A stretch of 64,000 bases of DNA from Bacteroidota bacterium (GTDB taxonomy: Bacteria > Bacteroidota > Bacteroidia > NS11-12g > UBA955). This document shows positions 18,906 to 26,566 of this stretch, in pieces. The DNA lies in assembly GCA_027488835.1 (NCBI GenBank), contig JAIYAW010000001.1:236254-300253 (forward strand). The letters run 5' to 3'. The notes below the pieces were generated by a model. It made no database searches. It worked only from the letters and a program-made list of their open reading frames with translations, and had not been told where the DNA came from. The position numbers were made by a program, and so were the translations under genes. The first letter of the stretch is position 1; every line of letters starts with the position of its first letter.

Positions 18906-20054
18906 ATGGATTCGAAAATTAAAGTCGGTATAATTGGTGGTGGTCAGTTAGGAATGATGATGTTGCAAGAGGCAAATTTCGATATTGCTACTTACACAGT
19001 TTTAGAATCTTCTATCGATTGTCCGGCGAGCTCTTTTTGCCAGAATTTCATTCTTGGTTCGTTAAATGATGTAGATGCAATTGAAAAATTGGCAGCTGTT
19101 TCTGATGTAATAACTTGGGAAATTGAACACATCAATGTTGATGCGCTAATACAGTTGCAAGCGCAAGGTAAAAAGATAATTCCGAAACCTTCTGTCTTGA
19201 AAATGATTCAAGACAAAGGTGCGCAAAAGTTGTTTTTTCAAGCGAACAATATTCCAACGGCTCCATTTGAATTGGTTGATTCAACCATGCTAGCAGCTGT
19301 TGATTTTTCGAAATTCCCTCAAAATAAAATAGTTGTAAAAACCAGGACCGGCGGTTACGACGGAAAAGGGGTGGGTATTTGCAATAAATCAGATGTACAA
19401 AATGGCATCATTCCTTTTGAGGGTGCTGTTTTATTGGAGCAATTTGTAGAGGATGTTTTGGAACTTTCGGTTATTGTTGCTGTTGATCAGCAAGGCAATA
19501 AAAGTTCTTTTCCTTCCATAGAAATGTACTTTAATGCTCAGAGTAATTTGGTAGAGTTTTTATATTCTCCCGCTCAAATTTCCATTGATGTTGAAACCAG
19601 AGCCCGTGAAATTGCCGAAAACGTAATAGAAGCTTTCCAGTCACCAGGATTATTTGCAGTAGAATTGTTTTTAACCAAATCTGGTGAAATCTTAGTAAAT
19701 GAAATTGCACCTCGCCCACATAATAGTGGTCATCATACTATTGAGGGATGTGTTACAAGTCAGTTTGCCCAATTAAATCGTATTTTGCTAGGACAAGAAT
19801 TGGGTGACACCCAATTAAAGCAACCCAGTGCCATGTTAAACATTGTGGGTCCTGAGAATATTGTAGGCGGGTATCAGTTAGAAAAAGAAGAAATGTGGAA
19901 ACAACAAAGTGATGTTTTCATTCATATGTATGGAAAAGCAGAAACAAGACCCAATAGAAAATTAGGACATGTTACTGTGATTGCAGATACTTTTGAAAAA
20001 TTGATTGAAAGAGCTGAATACGTAAAAGAAAATTTGACGATTATACCGTCATAA
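18906..20054 (+). CDS. purK: 5-(carboxyamino)imidazole ribonucleotide synthase (N5-CAIR synthetase)
   Basis: KVGIIGGGQLGMMM N-terminus and an ATP-grasp body of 382 aa. Confidence 0.85.
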   Translation: MDSKIKVGIIGGGQLGMMMLQEANFDIATYTVLESSIDCPASSFCQNFILGSLNDVDAIEKLAAVSDVITWEIEHINVDALIQLQAQGKKIIPKPSVLKMIQDKGAQKLFFQANNIPTAPFELVDSTMLAAVDFSKFPQNKIVVKTRTGGYDGKGVGICNKSDVQNGIIPFEGAVLLEQFVEDVLELSVIVAVDQQGNKSSFPSIEMYFNAQSNLVEFLYSPAQISIDVETRAREIAENVIEAFQSPGLFAVELFLTKSGEILVNEIAPRPHNSGHHTIEGCVTSQFAQLNRILLGQELGDTQLKQPSAMLNIVGPENIVGGYQLEKEEMWKQQSDVFIHMYGKAETRPNRKLGHVTVIADTFEKLIERAEYVKENLTIIPS

Positions 20055-20601
20055 TTTCTTTCTCTTTTGTGGTGAACAAATCGTCAGTTTTTTTGATATA
20101 ATTATCAATTATTCTTTGAACGCTTTCTTCACCTGCAGCACACTCGTCTTCGCTGGTACCATCGCTTTTCAATTTCTTGATTCTCTCGTTGGCATCTTTG
20201 CGTAAATTTCTAATTCCTACTTTAGAATTTTCACATTCAGATTTTGCGCGTTTAACGAGTTCTTTACGACGTTCTTCGGTTACCGGAGGAATGCTAATAC
20301 GAATGAACTCACCATCATTTTGAGGAGCAAAACCTAAGTTCGCATTGATAATTGCTGTTTCAATTGGGCGAATCAATGTTTTTTCCCAAGGTTGAATGCT
20401 GATAGTACGTGCATCTGGGGTATTCACATTTGCAACCTGCGACAAAGGAGTAGCAGCGCCATAATATTCAACCATTACACCATCAAGCATATCTGGAGAT
20501 GCTTTTCCGGCGCGTATTCTTGTGAATTCCACAGAAGTATGTGAAAGGTTTTTGTCGAGTTGTTCTTGTAGTTTACTGATAACTTCTTTAACTGTGCTCA
20601 T
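20041..20601 (-). CDS. frr: Ribosome recycling factor
   Basis: 186 aa from ATG 20601 (MSTVKEV...). Conserved RRF motifs (RTGRASP-like RAGKASPDMLDGV..., ELVKRAK...IRNLRKDANE). It overlaps the purK 3' end convergently. Confidence 0.9.
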   Translation of the reverse strand: MSTVKEVISKLQEQLDKNLSHTSVEFTRIRAGKASPDMLDGVMVEYYGAATPLSQVANVNTPDARTISIQPWEKTLIRPIETAIINANLGFAPQNDGEFIRISIPPVTEERRKELVKRAKSECENSKVGIRNLRKDANERIKKLKSDGTSEDECAAGEESVQRIIDNYIKKTDDLFTTKEKEIMTV

Positions 20602-20642
20602 AATTCGAATTAATGCAAATTTATTGAAATTGTATGAAAATA

Positions 20643-22535
20643 TTAATAAGCTCTTTCTTTTCGTCCCTCCATGTAATAAACAAAAGCGCGGTTTGCTACT
20701 TCTGTTCCTCCAGGAGTTGGGTAATTTCCGGTGAAATACCAATCGCCCAAATCTTTAGGACAAGCTTGGTTCAATTTTTCAACGGTTTGGAAAAGTATAT
20801 TAAATTCTGCCCTCAAGCCAACTGGTTTTACCATATCGGCAATTTTTTGTGAAATTTCTTCTTGGGTAAGTGGCTCATATAATTCTTGAACAATACATTG
20901 CTGTTCTGTAGCCGGTTTTTTCAATTCTCCCAAAGCTCTAACATAAAGATCTTGCATCAATGATTCCATTCCCTTGTCTTTCAACAATTCAACTGCTGCC
21001 CTAAAAGCTGCAAAGTCACCCATTTTGCTCATGTCAATTCCATAACAATCTGGATAGCGAATTTGTGGTGCAGAACTTACCAGAATAATGCGCTTTGGTT
21101 CAAGTCGGTCTAAGATTCTTAAAATACTTGTTTTTAATGTTGTACCACGAACTACGCTATCGTCCATAATTACCAAAGTATCTTGCCAAGATTTCACAAC
21201 GCCATAGGTAATATCGTAAACATGCCCAACCAAATCTTCACGATCCGTGTCATTGGTAATAAAGGTGCGCATTTTTACGTCCTTCACAAGAATTTTCTCA
21301 CGACGTGGACGCCAGCTTAAGATTTCTTTTACTTTTTCAGGATTTGTTTTGGCATCTATTTGAGAGAGGGCATCAATTTGAATATTCAAACGAATTTCAT
21401 GGATTCCGTCAATAAGTCCGTAAAAACTAGTAGAAGCTGTATTTGGCACATAACTAAAAACAGTATCCACCAAATCATTTCCGAGCATTTCCATCACTGG
21501 GGTAGCGAGTAAACGACCTAATTCTTTGCGTTCTGCGTAAATTTCTTGGTCGTTACCACGGCTAAAATAAATACGTTCGAAGCTGCAGCTTTTTCTTTCA
21601 ACAGGTTCGTTGATATTGGTTTCAAAATGAGAGCCATCTTTTTTTACAATCAATGCATTGCCTGGCCCGAGTTCTGAAATTTGTTCTGGGTAAAGGTTAA
21701 ATGCGGTTTGAATGGCTGCTCTTTCAGAAGCGACCACTACAACTTCATCATCTGCATAGTAGTGGGAAGGACGAATCCCTGCTGGGTCGCGAATAATGAA
21801 AGCGTCGCCATGACCCAATAATCCAATCATATTATATCCCCCATCAACATTTTTAAAACTGCGTTTTAAGATATTGGGGATGGATATTTCTTCTTTAATT
21901 TTATCTGAAATTTCTTTGTTGCTAAATCCTTGAGACTTTAGAATTCCGAAAAGACGTTGATTTTCTTCGTCAATAAAGTGCCCAATTTTTTCTAGCATCA
22001 ATACATTATCGCTTTTTTCTTTGGGTTGCTGCCCAAGTTCAATAAGGTTTTGAAACAATTGTTCGGTATTGGTAATGTTATAATTACCCGCCAACATGAG
22101 GTTTCTAGCCATCCAGTTATTTTGACGTAAGAAAGGATGGATGTTTTCAATTGAATTTCCACCGTAAGTACCATAACGTAGATGTCCTAACAGCAATTCA
22201 CCGGCATAAGCATAATTTTTCCTTAGAAAATCACCGTCAAATTGTTTTTCTTGAGGGATATCTTTTAGGGCAGTAGCTACATCATCGAAAATATCGGAAA
22301 GAGCAGTTTTTGAAGCACTTCTTTTTCGAGCAAGATATCTGGCGCCGAAATCTGGGTCAAGTTTTACCACACCAATACCCGCACCATCTTGGCCACGATT
22401 GAGTTGTTTGGTCATTAGAAACTGCAATTTATGCAGTCCGTACCAATAGGTGCCGTACTTTTCGTAATAGTACTCGAGGGGTTTTTTCAAGCGAATGAAT
22501 GCCACCCCACATTCGTGCTTTATTGCGTCACTCAT
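20643..22535 (-). CDS. purF: Amidophosphoribosyltransferase-family protein (class-II glutamine amidotransferase plus PRTase), long Bacteroidetes form
   Basis: N-terminal Cys (…HECGVAF) and RGQDGAGI, then a PRTase motif (VRGTT...YPDCYGIDM). The ATG at 22535 is preferred over the track's TTG at 22571 because a TAAATTTG box lies 12 nt upstream of 22535. Confidence 0.65.
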   Translation of the reverse strand: MSDAIKHECGVAFIRLKKPLEYYYEKYGTYWYGLHKLQFLMTKQLNRGQDGAGIGVVKLDPDFGARYLARKRSASKTALSDIFDDVATALKDIPQEKQFDGDFLRKNYAYAGELLLGHLRYGTYGGNSIENIHPFLRQNNWMARNLMLAGNYNITNTEQLFQNLIELGQQPKEKSDNVLMLEKIGHFIDEENQRLFGILKSQGFSNKEISDKIKEEISIPNILKRSFKNVDGGYNMIGLLGHGDAFIIRDPAGIRPSHYYADDEVVVVASERAAIQTAFNLYPEQISELGPGNALIVKKDGSHFETNINEPVERKSCSFERIYFSRGNDQEIYAERKELGRLLATPVMEMLGNDLVDTVFSYVPNTASTSFYGLIDGIHEIRLNIQIDALSQIDAKTNPEKVKEILSWRPRREKILVKDVKMRTFITNDTDREDLVGHVYDITYGVVKSWQDTLVIMDDSVVRGTTLKTSILRILDRLEPKRIILVSSAPQIRYPDCYGIDMSKMGDFAAFRAAVELLKDKGMESLMQDLYVRALGELKKPATEQQCIVQELYEPLTQEEISQKIADMVKPVGLRAEFNILFQTVEKLNQACPKDLGDWYFTGNYPTPGGTEVANRAFVYYMEGRKERAY

Positions 22536-22547
22536 GTGTTTAAGGTG

Positions 22548-22555
22548 CAAATTTA
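22548..22555 (-). promoter_or_regulatory. -7 box TAAATTTG, 12 nt upstream of the purF-like ATG at 22535
   Basis: Minus strand reads CGTAAATTTGCACCTTAAACACATG. It lies inside the longer TTG-initiated ORF and so argues for the ATG start. Confidence 0.35.
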
Positions 22556-22609
22556 CGATATAAACTTTCAAAATGTGAGTACTAAAAAAAGAGATTCAAT
22601 AAAATTGAT

Positions 22610-22617
22610 TATTTTTG
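22610..22617 (+). promoter_or_regulatory. -7 box TATTTTTG, about 25 nt upstream of the HAAO ATG
   Basis: GATTATTTTTGTATTAAAGCC... matches TAnnTTTG. Confidence 0.35.
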
Positions 22618-22642
22618 TATTAAAGCCAACCCAAATGTTGTC

Positions 22643-23161
22643 ATGAATATTAGAAAACCTTTTAATTTACAAGCGTGGATTTCAGAGAATAAGCATCTTT
22701 TGAAACCACCTGTTGCCAATAAAAATATTTATCCTGAAGGATCAGATTACATTGTAATGGTTGTTGGTGGCCCAAATGCGAGAAAAGATTACCACTACAA
22801 CGAAACTGAAGAATTATTTTATCAGCTAGAAGGGGAAATTACCATTAAAATTCAATTGGATGGTAAGAGGGAAGATGTGAAAATGACAGCGGGTGATATG
22901 TATTTATTGCCAGCAAAAGTGCCTCATTCTCCAGGAAGAACTGCCGGGAGCATAGGCTTGGTGATTGAAAGAGTTAGGGAAGGAAAAGGCTTTACTGATG
23001 GTTTGCTTTGGTTTTGCGATAGCTGTAATCACAAACTACATGAAGCCTATTTTGAATTGAAGAATATTGAAACAGATTTTTTGAATCATTTTAATGCGTT
23101 TTATGATTCGGAACATTTGAGAACCTGTAAAAACTGTGGAGAGGTTTTGCAAAAACCTTAA
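22643..23161 (+). CDS. nbaC: 3-hydroxyanthranilate 3,4-dioxygenase (cupin, kynurenine pathway)
   Basis: 172 aa cupin with HAAO metal ligands and a C-terminal CxxC...CxxC rubredoxin-like site (CDSCNHKL...CKNCGE). Confidence 0.8.
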   Translation: MNIRKPFNLQAWISENKHLLKPPVANKNIYPEGSDYIVMVVGGPNARKDYHYNETEELFYQLEGEITIKIQLDGKREDVKMTAGDMYLLPAKVPHSPGRTAGSIGLVIERVREGKGFTDGLLWFCDSCNHKLHEAYFELKNIETDFLNHFNAFYDSEHLRTCKNCGEVLQKP

Positions 23162-23163
23162 TT

Positions 23164-23955
23164 ATGTACGAATTTCACGGCGATAAGCGTTATTATTTTG
23201 ACATGACCCACAAAGTTACTGTTGGTCATATTGTGCCATTCATTAAAGCGCAATTTCCGTTTCCAAGCGACATGCGTGTTTTGGAAATTGGTTGCGGGGA
23301 AGCGGGTGTTTTAAAGGCTTTTACAGATTTAGGATATAAATGTACCGGAATTGAATTGGAAGAATCAAGGTTAGAGTTTGCAAGAGAATTTATGAAAGAT
23401 GAATTGGAAAATGGCCAAATTCAGTTCTTGAATAAGGATATCTACGATGTAAACCCTGAGGTTGATTTGGGTACTAAATTTGATTTAATTATTTTGAAGG
23501 ATGTGATAGAACATATTCCGAACCAAGAGAAGTTTATGCCGCAATTGCATCGTTTTCTGAACAAGGGTGGAGTTGTTTTTTTTGCTTTTCCACCCTGGCA
23601 AATGCCATATGGCGGCCACCAACAAGTGCTTCCTGGGAAACTGGCCAGTAAAATGCCATATTACCATTTGCTACCGGGTAAACTTTATCCGGCAGTAATG
23701 AAAATGTTTGGTGTAAATGAAAGTGGAATAAAAACCATGGAAGAAATTCGTGATACGGGAATTTCTATTGAAAGATTTGAGCGCACATGTAAAGATTCAA
23801 AATTTTCGGTAGCAAAAAAATCGAGTTATTTATTTAACCCAATTTATGAATACAAGTTTGGAATTAAACCACGAAAACAATTGAATATCATTGCAAATAT
23901 TCCTTATTTACGTAACTATTTGGTTATGGGAATGTACTATTTAGTAAGGGGTTAA
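23164..23955 (+). CDS. Class I SAM-dependent methyltransferase
   Basis: SAM-binding motif I (VLEIGCGEAGVL) and acidic motif II. It starts 3 nt after the HAAO stop. Confidence 0.7.
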   Translation: MYEFHGDKRYYFDMTHKVTVGHIVPFIKAQFPFPSDMRVLEIGCGEAGVLKAFTDLGYKCTGIELEESRLEFAREFMKDELENGQIQFLNKDIYDVNPEVDLGTKFDLIILKDVIEHIPNQEKFMPQLHRFLNKGGVVFFAFPPWQMPYGGHQQVLPGKLASKMPYYHLLPGKLYPAVMKMFGVNESGIKTMEEIRDTGISIERFERTCKDSKFSVAKKSSYLFNPIYEYKFGIKPRKQLNIIANIPYLRNYLVMGMYYLVRG

Positions 23956-24037
23956 ATTGCCTTTTTTTTACTTTTACATTGTTCTTGTGCATAAAGTTAG
24001 GAAAAATAATAGTGATTCGTTAAATTTGCCTATTACC

Positions 24038-24982
24038 ATGATGACAAAAACCTTTAAATCTGGGATTATATTCTTGTTTGCTCTAGTATTCGCATTCAAG
24101 TTGAACGCTCAGCCGAAACGTTTTAGGGGCAAACCAATTGAAGTTGGAATTACCCTAGGTGCTTCAAACTACATGGGTGACTTGACCCCATTGGTTGCAT
24201 TGAATGAAACCCATCCTATGGGTGGTATTATTTGTCGTTTTAATTATTCAGACTTTTTGACTTTGCGTGGAAATGCAGTTTTTGGTCAAATTAGTGGAAA
24301 TGATCAAAACTACAGTAGTGAAGCCGCCTTTCATAAAAGGAATTTGAGTTTTAAAAGCAATATTATGGAGGTCAGTGGAACTTTAGAATGGAATATTTTG
24401 GGCTTTGGTGAAACACAAAGAACCAATCCGGGTACTCCCTTCCTTTTTGTAGGTGTTGGTGTTTTTAAATTTAATCCAATGGCACAATTTAAGTATATAC
24501 CCGGATTGTACGATCCTGCAGAATATGGTGATTTGGCTAAATATGATGGCAAGTGGATTGAATTACAACCATTGAGTACTGAAGGCCAAGAAACAACCAA
24601 ATACAATAGCCGCAAAAGATATTCCTTGACTCAAGTATCCATTCCTATTGGTGTTGGTTACAAAAAACAGTTCAGTGAAACTTGGGCTTGGGGTATTGAA
24701 TTTGGTTTGCGTAAAACATTTACTGATTACCTCGACGATGTGAGCTTAACTTACGTTGATCCTCAAATTACGACAGGTGCAAATACGGGTTTAAGCACTG
24801 CTTTTGCAGATAGAACTCCTGAATTACAAAATCCATCTTTAGGGACCAATGATGTAGGAACCAACGAAACATTGGGTGCAGCTCGTGGTGATGCCTCTCA
24901 AAATAAAGATTGGTATATGTTTTTTAACTTTACATTGACAAGGAAGATAGTGGGTGGAAAGCAGACTTGTTTTCAATTTTAA
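24038..24982 (+). CDS. DUF6089-family outer-membrane beta-barrel protein (copy 1)
   Basis: Signal peptide from ATG 24038 (MMTKTFKSGIIFLFALVFAFKLNAQ) and a barrel-like alternating pattern. It is paralogous to the next gene; the track start is 23957. Confidence 0.5.
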   Translation: MMTKTFKSGIIFLFALVFAFKLNAQPKRFRGKPIEVGITLGASNYMGDLTPLVALNETHPMGGIICRFNYSDFLTLRGNAVFGQISGNDQNYSSEAAFHKRNLSFKSNIMEVSGTLEWNILGFGETQRTNPGTPFLFVGVGVFKFNPMAQFKYIPGLYDPAEYGDLAKYDGKWIELQPLSTEGQETTKYNSRKRYSLTQVSIPIGVGYKKQFSETWAWGIEFGLRKTFTDYLDDVSLTYVDPQITTGANTGLSTAFADRTPELQNPSLGTNDVGTNETLGAARGDASQNKDWYMFFNFTLTRKIVGGKQTCFQF

Positions 24983-25007
24983 TCCTGTTACCAAAAGATT
25001 TTTGATA

Positions 25008-25799
25008 ATGTGCGCTGCATTTGTGGCGCATTTTCATGTTTATGGCCAAAAGTATTTTTCAGGGAGAAATGAGTTTGGCGTTGTTTATGGAGTAAGTAAT
25101 TATTACGGTGATTTATCGCAAGGGCAAAACTTAAAACACTTTCATCCGTCTTATGGTGTATATCAACGTTACAACTTGAGCAACTATTTTTCATTACGAA
25201 ACCAATTGAATTACCTGAAAATTTCAGGTACTACAGAAGGAAATATGAATTATCAAGTTCAAAATTTGAATTTCAAAACGGATATTTATGAGTTTGCAAG
25301 TATGCTGTCATTAGATTTTCATTCATTTGGTACCAATGTTAGAAATGGGACTGAAACTCCTTATGCAGTAATTGGTTTGTCGGCTTTTTATTTTAATCCT
25401 ACGAGACTTGAAAATAGTGATATTGATTTACGCGCATTGAATACTGAAAACCGATCTGCCACCTATAGCCCATTGCAACTTGCTGTGCCAATTGGCATAG
25501 GTTATAAAACTATGAGCGCTGTGAGAAGACATAAAGGGGCTTGGGTTTTTGGTGTGGAAGCTATTTGGCGCAAAACATTCATAGACTTTTTGGACGATGT
25601 AGACGATGTGTATCCAGATTATAGTGAAATGAAAAATGATAAGGGCATTGGGAATGCGCAGTATAGTCAAGCACAAACGTTAAACGGTGGGAAAGCTTTT
25701 CAAGCTGGAACCTTTCGTGGTGATGTTCATCTAAAAGACTGGTATTATTTCTATGGATTTAACCTATCTTACCGTTTTACACCCTTTATTTGCAGATAA
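25008..25799 (+). CDS. DUF6089-family outer-membrane beta-barrel protein (copy 2)
   Basis: Shares blocks with copy 1 (GASNYMGDL/GVSNYYGDL, FxxTDYLDDV/FIDFLDDV, KDWYxFFxFxL). The track start is GTG 24954; ATG 25008 gives a clean signal peptide. Confidence 0.5.
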   Translation: MCAAFVAHFHVYGQKYFSGRNEFGVVYGVSNYYGDLSQGQNLKHFHPSYGVYQRYNLSNYFSLRNQLNYLKISGTTEGNMNYQVQNLNFKTDIYEFASMLSLDFHSFGTNVRNGTETPYAVIGLSAFYFNPTRLENSDIDLRALNTENRSATYSPLQLAVPIGIGYKTMSAVRRHKGAWVFGVEAIWRKTFIDFLDDVDDVYPDYSEMKNDKGIGNAQYSQAQTLNGGKAFQAGTFRGDVHLKDWYYFYGFNLSYRFTPFICR

Positions 25800-26563
25800 T
25801 TTCAATTTCAGTGGAACAAATTACAAATTACCCCCAAATTCAAGCCAATAGAATTCCTAAACATGTTGCTATTATTATGGATGGCAATGGTCGTTGGGCC
25901 AAAAAACAAGGCCTGATGAGAATTTTTGGACATAGAAGAGGGGTGGATGCGGTAAGAGGTGCGATTGAATTTGCAGCAGAAGTGGGTATTGAATATGTGA
26001 CTATGTATGCTTTTTCTACTGAAAATTGGAACAGGCCAGCCATTGAAGTGAATGCGCTCATGCAATTGTTGGTTGATTCCGTTGAGAAAGAATTACCCGC
26101 TCTTATGAAGAATGGAATCCGATTGAAAACATTGGGCAACATTGCTGAACTTCCGGGCAATTGTGCGGCACAATTGAAAAAGGCAGAAGAAAAAACAAAA
26201 GACAATGAAAAAACCACACTCGTTTTGGCCTTGAGCTACAGTGGGCGTTGGGATATTATTGAAGCAATGAAAAAAATAGGCAACAACATAAAAGAAGGAA
26301 AAATTCAGCCCAATGAGGTTGATGATTCTGTTGTGAGTGCTGCCTTAAATACAGCTCAATATCCGGATCCAGATTTATTGATTCGTACCAGTGGCGAGCA
26401 GCGCATAAGTAATTTTTTACTTTGGGAAATTGCATATTCTGAAGTCTATTTTACAGATGTGCTATGGCCTGATTTTACAAAAAACCATTTTTTAGACGCT
26501 ATTTTAGATTATCAAAGTCGTGAAAGACGATTTGGAAAAACTACGGAGCAAATTACAAAATAA
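25790..26563 (+). CDS. uppS: Undecaprenyl-diphosphate synthase (isoprenyl transferase)
   Basis: HVAIIMDGNGRWAKK, ...MYAFSTENWNRP, ...RTSGEQRISNFLLWE...ERRFG. It must use a non-ATG start (TTG 25790 or GTG 25811). Confidence 0.9.
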   Translation: MQIISISVEQITNYPQIQANRIPKHVAIIMDGNGRWAKKQGLMRIFGHRRGVDAVRGAIEFAAEVGIEYVTMYAFSTENWNRPAIEVNALMQLLVDSVEKELPALMKNGIRLKTLGNIAELPGNCAAQLKKAEEKTKDNEKTTLVLALSYSGRWDIIEAMKKIGNNIKEGKIQPNEVDDSVVSAALNTAQYPDPDLLIRTSGEQRISNFLLWEIAYSEVYFTDVLWPDFTKNHFLDAILDYQSRERRFGKTTEQITK

Positions 26564-26566
26564 TTC

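Noticed and set aside
22643-23161. HAAO as part of a secondary-metabolite or aromatic-degradation cluster
   Set aside because: The established role of this enzyme in Bacteroidetes is the Trp-to-quinolinate NAD pathway. No adjacent ring-cleavage, decarboxylase or NRPS/PKS genes are present. Only the neighbouring methyltransferase remains unexplained, and it is reported separately.
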